A stretch of 35,629 bases of DNA, taken from the NCBI GenBank assembly GCA_964539005.1, contig CAZIGB010000002.1, positions 3,024-38,652 on the forward strand, read 5' to 3'. A program made the translations under genes and the position numbers. The notes under the pieces were generated by a model, which was not told the origin of the DNA, did no database searches, and saw only the letters and a list, made by a program, of their open reading frames with translations. Source of the stretch: an uncultured Gammaproteobacteria bacterium. GTDB lineage: Bacteria; Patescibacteriota; Patescibacteriia; Patescibacteriales; UBA12075. Every line of letters begins with the position of its first letter. Position 1 is the stretch's first letter. Below, piece by piece: positions 9,350 to 17,689 of this stretch.

Positions 9350-10027
9350 ATGAATTTGTTTGAAAAAAAACCGATTATTGAGAGCTCTCAAGTCATTGCC
9401 CGAGAGCTTAGACAGGCGCGCGAAACACGCGGTCTTTGTTTGGCTGAAGTTGCGGAAATACTCAAGATGAATGTAAATTATTTGGAAGCAATGGAATGCG
9501 GAAATTTTTCATTACTGCCAACCGGTATCTATAAAGTTAATTTTCTTCGGGAATATGTCTTGTTTCTTGGTTTGCCACTGGAAGAGTTTTTGGATCTTTT
9601 TGAAGATAGCCAACGAGGTCAGAATATTCTTCGGGAAGAGGATTTGTTCGTGCGAAAAGCAGGTAATGTGCATTTCTCATTGACGATTCCCAAGTTAATC
9701 AAGAATTTGCTTATCTTTTCAGCTTCAGCCGTCTGTTTGACCTATTTGGCATTGAGTATCAATGACATAGTGGCTCCCCCGGAGCTTAGTATTGATTCCC
9801 CCTCACTTGATACGATAACCGAAGAAAAAGAGATCATGGTCCGGGGAACGACTGTGCCCGAGGCTGAAGTCCACATCAATGACGAACTGGTCCTGGCTGA
9901 CAAGAGCGGTGTATTCGAAAAAAAGGTAGAATTGCGGAGTGGCTTGAATACGATCGTAATCAGTGCCCAGAAAAAATATAGCCGAGTCAGCGAGCAGGTA
10001 AAGAAAGTGCTTGTTTCTGGGGGCTAA
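9350..10027 (+). CDS. RodZ-like HTH (XRE-type) bitopic membrane protein
   Basis: I chose the start at MNLFEKK (9350), which avoids overlap with the upstream gene. The N-terminal HTH is LRQARETRGLCLAEVAEILKMNVNYLEAMECGNFSLLP. A single TM follows (LLIFSASAVCLTYLALSI), then an extracytoplasmic beta-rich domain. Confidence 0.65.
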   Translation: MNLFEKKPIIESSQVIARELRQARETRGLCLAEVAEILKMNVNYLEAMECGNFSLLPTGIYKVNFLREYVLFLGLPLEEFLDLFEDSQRGQNILREEDLFVRKAGNVHFSLTIPKLIKNLLIFSASAVCLTYLALSINDIVAPPELSIDSPSLDTITEEKEIMVRGTTVPEAEVHINDELVLADKSGVFEKKVELRSGLNTIVISAQKKYSRVSEQVKKVLVSGG

Positions 10028-10034
10028 ACCCTGG

Positions 10035-10064
10035 TTTGCATTTTGGCTCTAAATATCATATAGT
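10035..10064 (+). promoter_or_regulatory. candidate recA promoter (TTTGCA-18-TATAGT)
   Basis: Hexamers at 10035-10040 and 10059-10064 with an 18-nt spacer. Confidence 0.35.
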
Positions 10065-10071
10065 TCACAAT

Positions 10072-10090
10072 AGAAGCATATGATGCTTCT
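10072..10090. promoter_or_regulatory. perfect palindrome AGAAGCAT-ATG-ATGCTTCT directly upstream of recA
   Basis: 8-bp arms with a 3-nt centre, followed by tttt. It is either the terminator of the RodZ-like gene or an operator/attenuator for recA, whose ATG is at 10103. Confidence 0.5.
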
Positions 10091-10102
10091 TTTTAAATAA
10101 AA

Positions 10103-11215
10103 ATGACATCTTCCACGGGATGTCCGCAGGCTAATAATATGAATAAAGAATCGAAAAATCAGGAAAAAAAGGATGCTAGCGATAAGGACATGAGATTCGT
10201 GGCTGCCAATGAGGCCATGGAGCAGATCAAGTCCAAGTTTGGCGATGGCGCAATCATGAAATTCGGTGAAGCGCGCAAAACAAATGTTGATGCCGTGCCG
10301 ACTGGCTGCTTGTCTCTCGATATCGCGCTCGGAATCGGCGGGGTGCCACGAGGACGCATTATCGAGATATTCGGTCCAGAATCATCGGGCAAGACTACTC
10401 TGGCCCAGCATATCGTAGCTGAAGTACAGAAGCTCGGCGGAATTGCCGCTTTTGTCGATGCTGAACATGCTCTTGATCCGGATTATGCGCAGAAGATCGG
10501 TATCAATATCAAAGAGATGCTTATATCGCAGCCCGATACAGGCGAGCAGGCAATGGAAATCGTCGAGACTCTGGTCCGTTCTAATGCTGTTGACGTGATT
10601 GTCATCGATAGCGTGGCAGCGCTGGTACCGCAGAAAGAAATCGAGGGCGAGATGGGCGACCAGCACATGGGGCTTCAAGCGAGACTCATGAGCCAGGCCC
10701 TGCGCAAGCTCACTGGCGTGGTATCCAAGACCAAGACCGTCGTGATCTTTATCAATCAGATCCGGCATAAGATCGGAGTTTTCTTTGGTAATCCAGAAAC
10801 AACAAGCGGTGGCAATGCGCTCAAGTTTTACTGCTCTATCCGAGTCGAGGTGAGACGTAGCGCTCAGATCAAGCAGGCTGACAAGATAATCGGTAACCGC
10901 GTCAAGGTAAAAGTCGTAAAGAACAAGGTGGCCGCCCCTTTCCGGACCTGTGAATTCGATATCATGTACAATGAAGGCATTTCTATCTCGGGCGATCTAC
11001 TTGATACGGGTGTTGCTTATGGCGTGATCAAGAAGGCGGGCAATTCTTATAGCTTTGGCGACGTAAAACTCGGGGTCGGGCGCGAAAATGCCAAACGCTT
11101 CCTTAAGGCTGACAAGAAGCTCATGAAAGAGATCAGGAAGAAGATCATGGTTGAAGTGAATGCGGCCGAAGGCGATACAGGTGAAGCGGCGGTGACGACG
11201 ACAGCTGACGCTTAA
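10103..11215 (+). CDS. recA: recombinase RecA
   Basis: Walker [10 protein letters not shown], the [11 protein letters not shown] motif, the IVIDSVAAL Walker B region, and L1/L2 regions ([38 protein letters not shown]). The true start may be the ATG at 10139 (MNKESK). Confidence 0.95.
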   Translation: MTSSTGCPQANNMNKESKNQEKKDASDKDMRFVAANEAMEQIKSKFGDGAIMKFGEARKTNVDAVPTGCLSLDIALGIGGVPRGRIIEIFGPESSGKTTLAQHIVAEVQKLGGIAAFVDAEHALDPDYAQKIGINIKEMLISQPDTGEQAMEIVETLVRSNAVDVIVIDSVAALVPQKEIEGEMGDQHMGLQARLMSQALRKLTGVVSKTKTVVIFINQIRHKIGVFFGNPETTSGGNALKFYCSIRVEVRRSAQIKQADKIIGNRVKVKVVKNKVAAPFRTCEFDIMYNEGISISGDLLDTGVAYGVIKKAGNSYSFGDVKLGVGRENAKRFLKADKKLMKEIRKKIMVEVNAAEGDTGEAAVTTTADA

Positions 11216-11282
11216 CTTTTGATAGATTGACAATTGACATTTAACAATTGACTTTTCACCTATTTACTTCCTGTTAATAAAC

Positions 11283-11319
11283 AAAAAAGACGTTACTTAA
11301 AAATTGTATCGTCTTTTTT
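11283..11319. terminator. bidirectional terminator between recA and efp
   Basis: aaaaaagacg...cgtctttttt stem flanked by an A-run and a T-run, between convergent genes. Confidence 0.6.
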
Positions 11320-11390
11320 GTTTATTAAATTTGAGAAATAGTCAATCCTGCCGCTAGGCAGATGTCAAAAGTCAATTGTCAATTTTTTCT

Positions 11391-11948
11391 CTATGCTCTT
11401 TCTACGTATTCGCCAGTCTCGGTGTTGACTTTGATCAGGTCTCCTTCGTTGATGAACATCGGGGCGTTGATAACAGCGCCGGTTTCGAGCTCGATCTGTT
11501 TCTGGACATTACCAGCCGAATTGCCTTTGACTCCGGGTGGCGCGCTCGTCACCTTAAAGGTCATTTTGATCGGCAGGTCGATCGCGACCGGCTGGCCGTT
11601 GAAGTAAAGGACGTCGACATCGATACCTTCCTTGAGAAAGCGGATCTGATCACCGACTTGGTCCAGGGGAACATTGAATTGCTCGAAGCTTTCATTGTCC
11701 ATGAGATAAGCGTCCCGCTCGTCTTTGTACATATAATTAGCTTTCTTGCGATTGATGTCTGCTTCTTCGGCTTTATCATTGCCCTGGAAAGTCCGTTCCA
11801 GGGCATTACCGCTGATCAGGTTCTTGAGCTTGGTTTTGAGCACAGCGCCGCCACGGCCCATCTTGTGATGTTCGGCTTTGACTACGATGTAAGGTTCATT
11901 GTTGGCAATGATTACTTTGCCGATCTTTATCTCGCTGAGGCTTAGCAT
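11391..11948 (-). CDS. efp: elongation factor P
   Basis: 185 aa. The N-terminus MLSLSEIKIGKVI...EPYIVVKAEHHKMGRGGAVLKTKLKNL is typical of EF-P, with three OB-like domains. Confidence 0.95.
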   Translation of the reverse strand: MLSLSEIKIGKVIIANNEPYIVVKAEHHKMGRGGAVLKTKLKNLISGNALERTFQGNDKAEEADINRKKANYMYKDERDAYLMDNESFEQFNVPLDQVGDQIRFLKEGIDVDVLYFNGQPVAIDLPIKMTFKVTSAPPGVKGNSAGNVQKQIELETGAVINAPMFINEGDLIKVNTETGEYVERA

Positions 11949-11954
11949 AGTTCT

Positions 11955-12176
11955 TTATTGGTTAGTGAAAGGCATCAGAGCCATGATACGGGCGCGCTTG
12001 ATGGCATTGGACAATTGTCTCTGGTGTTTGGAGCAGACACCGGTTCTTTTGCGGGGAAGAATCTTTTTGTACATGTTCACAAAGCGATTGATCGTGCGAA
12101 TGTCTTTGTAATCGATGTCATCGATGCCTTCTACGCAGAAGTGGCACATCTTTTCTTCGTTCATTTCTTGTTTCAT
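11955..12176 (-). CDS. rpsR: 30S ribosomal protein S18
   Basis: 73 aa. It carries the CHFC..IDYKD...L..F......ILPRKRTG.C.KHQR.L..AIKRAR..AL motif. Confidence 0.95.
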   Translation of the reverse strand: MKQEMNEEKMCHFCVEGIDDIDYKDIRTINRFVNMYKKILPRKRTGVCSKHQRQLSNAIKRARIMALMPFTNQ

Positions 12177-12185
12177 AGCTTTAGT

Positions 12186-12644
12186 TTAGAAGGGAATATT
12201 TTCTACCCTTATCTCGTCTTCTTGGACGTCGTTATTCTCATCTATGGAGATAAAATTTTCTTCGGGACCGCTCGGCATCGGTACGTGCTCATTGCCATAG
12301 CCACCTTGGGTGGCGCCGGCTCGATCGAGCATGATCATGTTTTCGACGATTATCTCGGTGCGATAACGCTTGATACTGTCTTGTCCTACCCAGTCCCTGG
12401 TCTGGAGCCGGCCTTCGATATAGACTTTGGCTCCTTTTTTGAGGTAGCGTCCGATAACATCGGCAAGCTTGCGCCAGGCGACGATATTGTGGAATTCTAC
12501 TTTTTCCTGTTTCTGGCCGCTCTGGTCGGTCCAGACATAATTGGTGGCCAGAGAGAAAGTGGCGACATTCTGTCCCGAGGGAGTGTTACGTACTTCGGGA
12601 TCCTTGGTTAGGCGTCCAATGATCATGGCTTTGTTCAAGTCCAT
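12186..12644 (-). CDS. ssb: single-stranded DNA-binding protein
   Basis: 152 aa with an OB fold (MDLNKAMIIGRLTKDPEVR...FHNIVAWRKLA) and an acidic C-terminal tip ending IPF. Confidence 0.95.
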   Translation of the reverse strand: MDLNKAMIIGRLTKDPEVRNTPSGQNVATFSLATNYVWTDQSGQKQEKVEFHNIVAWRKLADVIGRYLKKGAKVYIEGRLQTRDWVGQDSIKRYRTEIIVENMIMLDRAGATQGGYGNEHVPMPSGPEENFISIDENNDVQEDEIRVENIPF

Positions 12645-12712
12645 AGTTTTTTGGCCTTTCCGGCGCGCGCGAAGCGCAGACGGAGAGGCGAGAATGTTTA
12701 ATTAGATCTTTT

Positions 12713-13210
12713 TTAGAGGAGGTCATCAGTCTCGAGGATCTTGTCCAGTTTGTCATCGAGCTCTTTGGCAGAAAGTTTGCGGACGCTTTCTTTTTCTTTG
12801 GGAGTGGCCTTCTTTTCTTCTTCAGCCGCTTTTTTAGCCGCTTTTTCGCTGACGATCCGTTCGTTGCGAGCTTTTTCAGCCGCAATCTGTTCCTCGGTCT
12901 TGGCGGCTCGATTCACGATCATGTGACGAAGGATTTCGTGATTCATGCGTAGCTCAGTGTGGACTTTGTCCAGGTCGATCCCGGGAAGATCGAATTCGGC
13001 CAGGAAGTAGTAGCCGTAATGTTCGTGTTTGACCGGGTAGCAGAATTTCTTCTTGCCCCAGTTCTCATCATAGGTGACCTTGCCTCCTTTTTCTTCGATC
13101 ATCTGATGTACTCTCCCCTTGATGCCCTTTGCCTCGTCTTCGGTGTAGCGATTTGGCACGATGTAGAGCAGTTCATAGTGGGGGATTTCGCTTGTCTTGT
13201 TTTTTGCCAT
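12713..13210 (-). CDS. rpsF: 30S ribosomal protein S6 with a long charged C-terminal extension
   Basis: The N-terminal ~95 aa are S6-like (YELLYIV...W GKKKFCYPVKHEHYGYYFL). This is followed by about 65 aa of K/E/A-rich tail ending ETDDLL. The gene order rpsF-ssb-rpsR is canonical. Confidence 0.9.
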   Translation of the reverse strand: MAKNKTSEIPHYELLYIVPNRYTEDEAKGIKGRVHQMIEEKGGKVTYDENWGKKKFCYPVKHEHYGYYFLAEFDLPGIDLDKVHTELRMNHEILRHMIVNRAAKTEEQIAAEKARNERIVSEKAAKKAAEEEKKATPKEKESVRKLSAKELDDKLDKILETDDLL

Positions 13211-13225
13211 AGGTTTATTAAGAAA

Positions 13226-13305
13226 TAAAAAAACGCAAGATATCCTCTTGCGATCCGGCTAGTTCCCGTTCGGCTTTTAGGATACCTTTGGTCCGAATCC
13301 GGACC
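13226..13305 (-). promoter_or_regulatory. structured rpsF 5' leader (two hairpins, the proximal one terminator-like)
   Basis: On the minus strand the hairpins are ggtccggattcggacc (13290-13305) and cgcaagaggatatcttgcg (13234-13252). The second is followed by a run of 8 T (A-run 13226-13233 on +) and lies about 15 nt before the rpsF ATG. Confidence 0.4.
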
Positions 13306-13398
13306 AACCTCATTTGGTTATGGAAAAGGTAACGTCTTATTTGACTAAAGACTAACATAAGTGTTATAAAAAAGCAAGACTAATAATAATCGCTAAAA

Positions 13399-14580
13399 AT
13401 GACTTATTTTTTCCATCTTGGAACAAACACCGCTCTTTCTTTGGCTGAGCTTTTCTCAGTTCTCCCGCTGGCAAACAAAGGTAGTTTTGTTGCTAAGGAT
13501 TTATTTCTGGTCGATTTGGATCAGGCTTTAGACGCCACGGCGCTAATGGCTAGACTGGGCGGGACGATTAAGATCGCTCAGGTTTTAGCGCAGGGAATCC
13601 CTCTTTATAGTCCAGAAATGTTAAAAGTGATAACAGAATCTTTTGAGCCGGGCGAAGGAAAGTTCAAATTCGGGATTTCGAATCATGCCAAATTTGCTTC
13701 TCCAGCCAAGGATAAACGCTTGGCCTTAGGGATAAAGAATTTTCTAAAAGAAAAGGGGATTAGTTGTCGCTGGGTAATTTCGAAAGAGCCGATCCTGAGC
13801 TCGGTTATTGTCGAGCAGAATCTGATGCGGAACGGAGCGGAAATCGTGATTGCCGGTGATTACAAAAAAAGTTTCGTGGCGCGTACTTTAGCGGTTCAGC
13901 CCTGGAAGGAGTTATCCTTTCGTGATTATGGCCGGCCGAGTCGAGATGACCATTCTGGCATGCTTCCGCCTAAGCTCGCGCTTCTGATGCTGAATTTGGC
14001 AGGAGCAAAAAAGGATGAGCCGATCTTGGATCCTTTTTGCGGCTCGGGCACAGTGCTTGGCGAGGCGATAGTTCTCGGTCAGACGCATGTCTATGGGAGC
14101 GATATATCAGCCAAGGCGGTAGAAGATAGTCGGGCTAATATTGCCTGGCTAGAAAAGAAATATCCCTCAGTCTCTCGGATCGTGGAAATAAGCGAGCTCG
14201 ATGCTAGGCTGCTTCACAAGACCCATAAGCCAGCATCCATCAAAGCAATCATCACAGAGCCTTATCTCGGACCGCAAAGGGGGCAAGTAGATCCTGTAAA
14301 ATGGAAGAGGGAATTGGACGGACTCTATACCGCGTCTCTTCGTTCTTTCCAATCAGTCCTTACTAGAGACGGAAGAGTGGTCATGATCTGGCCGATCAGG
14401 ATCGAAGCAGGCAAACAGATTTTTTTGGCGCCGGATACCAGGGGCTATCGGCATGTGTCGCTTTTGCCAGCGGGCTTTGAGGCAGAGACCAGGCGTCACT
14501 TGAGCAAAAGAAACACCATCATCTATGGTCGGGAGGGGCAGAAGGTCTGGCGAGAAATAATCGTGCTTGAAAAAGAGTAA
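13399..14580 (+). CDS. SAM-dependent RNA methyltransferase (UPF0020/Trm11-like)
   Basis: 393 aa with SAM motif I DPFCGSGTVLGEA and motif IV-like ITEPYLG (a DPPY-type variant). The N-terminal ~180 aa could be a THUMP-like RNA-binding module. Confidence 0.65.
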   Translation: MTYFFHLGTNTALSLAELFSVLPLANKGSFVAKDLFLVDLDQALDATALMARLGGTIKIAQVLAQGIPLYSPEMLKVITESFEPGEGKFKFGISNHAKFASPAKDKRLALGIKNFLKEKGISCRWVISKEPILSSVIVEQNLMRNGAEIVIAGDYKKSFVARTLAVQPWKELSFRDYGRPSRDDHSGMLPPKLALLMLNLAGAKKDEPILDPFCGSGTVLGEAIVLGQTHVYGSDISAKAVEDSRANIAWLEKKYPSVSRIVEISELDARLLHKTHKPASIKAIITEPYLGPQRGQVDPVKWKRELDGLYTASLRSFQSVLTRDGRVVMIWPIRIEAGKQIFLAPDTRGYRHVSLLPAGFEAETRRHLSKRNTIIYGREGQKVWREIIVLEKE

Positions 14581-14589
14581 TAAGGCAAA

Positions 14590-14625
14590 TAAAAAACACA
14601 GTTCATAAAGCACTGTGTTTTTTTG
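14590..14625. terminator. bidirectional terminator between the methyltransferase gene and ychF
   Basis: aaaaaacacagt...actgtgttttttt between convergent genes. Confidence 0.65.
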
Positions 14626-14632
14626 TATTTTT

Positions 14633-15694
14633 TTAACGGTTGACGAGGAAATGACAGACATCTCCATCCTGAACCACATAGTCTTTGCCTTCGCTCCGGA
14701 GAAGACCCTTGTCTCTCGCCGCTGTTTCTCCGCCAAGCTCGACAAAAGTATCATAGGGGACGATCTCGGCCCGGATAAAGGCTTTTTCAAAATCAGTATG
14801 GATGACTGCGGCGGCCTGAGGGGCTTTGCTGCCTTTTTTTACTGTCCAGGCTCTGGTTTCTATCTCGCCAGTCGTGAAGTAAGTGATAAGGCCGAGTAGT
14901 TCATAAGCGCTGCGAATAAGCTTGTCTAGGCCTGAGAGCTCGAGTCCGAGTGCCTCGATGTATTCTTTTTTTTCTTCATCATCAAGGGCCGAGATTTCTT
15001 CTTCTTGCTTGATGTTTAATGGTAAGACGGTCGCCCCCTCGATCTTGATCTGGCATTTGTCCGGCTCACTTGTGTTGATGACATAAATAATCGGCTTGAG
15101 AGAGAGTAGGCCAAGACTCTTGACTATCTTTATTTCATCTTCGCTGAGATTGGCCAGGCGAGCTGGTCGGCCAGCCAGAAGCTCTGTATTTACTTTGTCC
15201 AGGATGAGCTTTTCTTCGATCGCGGTTTTTATTCCCGCTTTGGCTTCCTTGCTGACTTTGTTCAGGTGCTTTTCGACTGTTGCCATGTCTGCCATGATGA
15301 GCTCGAGTTCGATCGTTTCTTTGTCTTCGAGCGGCGCGATACGGCCATTGACATGGATGATATTGTCATCTTCGAAATCACGGATAACCATGCAGATCGC
15401 GTCGCATTCCCGGATATTAGAAAGAAATTTATTGCCTAGACCTTCACCTTGGTGAGCGCCCTTGACCAGGCCAGCAATATCGACAAATTCGATGGTGGTC
15501 GGGATGATCTTTTTGGGCTTGGAGATATTGGCTAGTTTTTCGAGCCGGCTATCTGGCACTTTGACAACCCCCACATTCGGGTCGATGGTGCAGAAGGGGT
15601 AGTTTGAGGCTTCGGCGCGACTATTGGAGAGTGAGTTGAAGAGGGTGGACTTGCCGACATTCGGGAGCCCGACTATTCCGATGGATAATGACAT
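14633..15694 (-). CDS. ychF: ribosome-binding ATPase YchF
   Basis: 353 aa with G1 [42 protein letters not shown] and a C-terminal TGS-like region (AWTV.KG..AP.AA..IH.DF..GFIRAE). Confidence 0.95.
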   Translation of the reverse strand: MSLSIGIVGLPNVGKSTLFNSLSNSRAEASNYPFCTIDPNVGVVKVPDSRLEKLANISKPKKIIPTTIEFVDIAGLVKGAHQGEGLGNKFLSNIRECDAICMVIRDFEDDNIIHVNGRIAPLEDKETIELELIMADMATVEKHLNKVSKEAKAGIKTAIEEKLILDKVNTELLAGRPARLANLSEDEIKIVKSLGLLSLKPIIYVINTSEPDKCQIKIEGATVLPLNIKQEEEISALDDEEKKEYIEALGLELSGLDKLIRSAYELLGLITYFTTGEIETRAWTVKKGSKAPQAAAVIHTDFEKAFIRAEIVPYDTFVELGGETAARDKGLLRSEGKDYVVQDGDVCHFLVNR

Positions 15695-15792
15695 TTTGGC
15701 TATTTATTCCGCGTAATGACGGACGATATATTAAATATGCATTTATTAGGATAGATTATTTCTGTTTTTTCAGCAAGACGGCTTGCGCTTTG

Positions 15793-15821
15793 TTGTGGAA
15801 TATTGCTGATTATGGTAAAAT
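15793..15821 (+). promoter_or_regulatory. candidate promoter of the pilin operon (TTGTGG-17-TAAAAT with TG extension)
   Basis: -35 at 15793-15798, a 17-nt spacer and -10 at 15816-15821, preceded by TGg. It lies about 100 nt upstream of the first pilin ATG. Confidence 0.45.
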
Positions 15822-15920
15822 TTAGGAAATGTTAATAACTAATCTTTTCAAGCCATGAATTAAGAAGTCATGTAATGATTCCTTGATAATGGTTTGAAAT
15901 AAATAGAATGGGGGTGAATT

Positions 15921-16376
15921 ATGACTAAACAAATTTTGAAAAAAGCATCATCACTGCTTATCGTAATGGTATTTGCTTTTTCGTTAGTTCTTGTTTCGAA
16001 TGTTTCAGCTCAGGTTGGTCAGGGTATCGGATGGGATACTCAATCAGGTAGTGCCAATCAGACCACTTGGGGTAATACAGCTGAAAACATTCAGCAAAGA
16101 GCAGCCCTTGGTAATGATGATCCTCGCAATATCGCGGCTAATGTCATCAATATCATCTTGGGTTTCCTTGGTATTTTGGCAGTTGTCCTCATCCTCTATG
16201 GCGGATTCAAATGGATGACCGCGGCCGGCAACGAAGATAAGGTTTCAGAAGCTAAAAAGCTGCTGGTCGCTGGTGTGATCGGTTTGATAATTATCTTAGC
16301 TGCCTTTGCTCTCTCTACCTTTATTCTTGACGCCGTCTTCCGTGCTACTACTTCAGGAGAGTATATTGAGCCATAA
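15921..16376 (+). CDS. TrbC/VirB2-like small pilin paralog P1
   Basis: 151 aa with a signal peptide (..NVSA/Q), a variable G/N/Q/T-rich segment, TM1 (INIILGFLGILAVVLILYGG), the loop FKWMTAAGNEDKVSEAKK and TM2 (VIGLIIILAAFAL). GGGGGTG lies upstream of the ATG. Confidence 0.85.
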   Translation: MTKQILKKASSLLIVMVFAFSLVLVSNVSAQVGQGIGWDTQSGSANQTTWGNTAENIQQRAALGNDDPRNIAANVINIILGFLGILAVVLILYGGFKWMTAAGNEDKVSEAKKLLVAGVIGLIIILAAFALSTFILDAVFRATTSGEYIEP

Positions 16377-16394
16377 TAACCGAAATATTTTTTT

Positions 16395-16419
16395 GGGCTC
16401 GAGATTATGTTTCGAGCCC
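16395..16419 (+). promoter_or_regulatory. GC-rich intercistronic hairpin after the first pilin gene
   Basis: GGGCTCGA (16395-16402) pairs with TCGAGCCC (16412-16419) across a 9-nt loop. A T-run precedes the stem but none follows it, so this is not a canonical terminator. Confidence 0.4.
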
Positions 16420-16474
16420 ACTCCCTTGCTTCTAGATTTTGCTAGCGGCAGAGGAGTTAAATAATAAAAATACT

Positions 16475-16870
16475 ATGTTTTTCAAAAGAATACTAGCCTC
16501 TTTGTTGATTATTTTTTCTTTCGCTGTTTGTCAGCCGCTTTTAGCGCAGAGCGGAGAGGGTGGATCGGATGCGCGCCTTTGGGGCGGTTATGCGGATGAT
16601 ATTCGGGATACTACTGGCTTAGGGGAGGATGATCCTCGTCATATCGCCGCTAATATTATCAATATCATCCTTGGTTTCCTTGGTATCATTGCGCTTGTTT
16701 TGATTATTTATGCTGGATTTAAGTGGATGACAGCGGCTGGAAATGAGACCCAGGTAGGTGACGCTAAAAAATTACTAGTAGCAGCTGTTATTGGGTTAAT
16801 AATTATTCTTTCTGCATTTGCCTTGTCATCGTTCGTGCTGGATGCGGTATATCGGGCTACAACCGATTAG
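16475..16870 (+). CDS. TrbC/VirB2-like small pilin paralog P2
   Basis: The track ORF starts at a TTG at 16439. The ATG at 16475 (MFFKRILASLL..) gives a proper signal peptide (..LLA/Q). The core IINIILGFLGIIALVLIIYAGFKWMTAAGNETQVGDAKKLLVAAVIGLIIILSAFAL is closest to P1. Confidence 0.85.
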   Translation: MFFKRILASLLIIFSFAVCQPLLAQSGEGGSDARLWGGYADDIRDTTGLGEDDPRHIAANIINIILGFLGIIALVLIIYAGFKWMTAAGNETQVGDAKKLLVAAVIGLIIILSAFALSSFVLDAVYRATTD

Positions 16871-16880
16871 CTGAAATTAG

Positions 16881-17294
16881 ATGTTCAATCACACAAAAAA
16901 GTTTTATCTAAGATCATTACTCTCTGCTTTTATCCTTAGTCTGATGGGTTTTGCCTTTGTGGCACAGGCTAGTGATTCGACCGTAAAGGGCTTGGATGAA
17001 GCAGCTGGCAAGGCCAAGATCGGCAAGGAAAGCAAGATGGTCCAGGACATCCCGTCGGCGATCGGCCGGGTCATCGGAATTGTCCTCTCTTTTATCGGTC
17101 TGGCTTTTTTTGTGCTGATGGTCTATGGCGGGGTAATCTGGATGTTTGCCAGAGGTAATGACCAGGAAGTAAGCAAAGCCAAAGATCTTATCCAATCAGC
17201 AATCATCGGTCTGATCATTGTCTTGTCTGCTTATGCTCTCACTATCTTTGTCGGCAATGCCTTGACAAGCGGCGCGGTGACTGGCCCGAATTAA
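16881..17294 (+). CDS. TrbC/VirB2-like small pilin paralog P3
   Basis: 137 aa with a signal peptide (..VAQA/S) and the core VYGGVIWMFARGNDQEVSKAKDLIQSAIIGLIIVLSAYAL. Confidence 0.8.
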   Translation: MFNHTKKFYLRSLLSAFILSLMGFAFVAQASDSTVKGLDEAAGKAKIGKESKMVQDIPSAIGRVIGIVLSFIGLAFFVLMVYGGVIWMFARGNDQEVSKAKDLIQSAIIGLIIVLSAYALTIFVGNALTSGAVTGPN

Positions 17295-17295
17295 T

Positions 17296-17685
17296 ATGTT
17301 GATCCGATACTTGCTAGCTTTTTCACTTTCATTTATTCTCATTGCTTCTTTTTTTGCCATTCCGGTTTCTGCTTTTAATTTTGAATCCCATAGCGGTATC
17401 AAGAACACTGGCTCTGCGGCTGGCTATGACGCGGCAAACCTGACTGATGTTTCTTTTTCGCAGACAGTCGGCAAGATTATCCGGATCCTTCTTTCGCTCA
17501 TCGGTGTTTTCTTTTTTCTCCTTTTCTTATATGCTGGTTTTATCTGGATGCTTTCGCGCGGCAATACCCAAGATATTGAAAAGGCAAAGAAGATTATGCA
17601 GAATGCCCTTATCGGTTTGATTGTCGTATTGATGGCTTATGCTATTACGGTATTTGTCACTCAAGCAATTACCCGCGCAGTTTAA
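17296..17685 (+). CDS. TrbC/VirB2-like small pilin paralog P4
   Basis: 129 aa with a signal peptide (..PVSA/F) and the core LYAGFIWMLSRGNTQDIEKAKKIMQNALIGLIVVLMAYAI. It starts 1 nt after the P3 stop. Confidence 0.8.
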   Translation: MLIRYLLAFSLSFILIASFFAIPVSAFNFESHSGIKNTGSAAGYDAANLTDVSFSQTVGKIIRILLSLIGVFFFLLFLYAGFIWMLSRGNTQDIEKAKKIMQNALIGLIVVLMAYAITVFVTQAITRAV

Positions 17686-17689
17686 TCTT

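Noticed and set aside
11376-12611. Long plus-strand ORFs (11376-11945, 189 aa; 11958-12611, 217 aa) opposite efp, rpsR and ssb.
   Set aside because: They are mirror-frame artefacts antisense to unmistakable housekeeping genes. They have no SD and no recognisable motifs.
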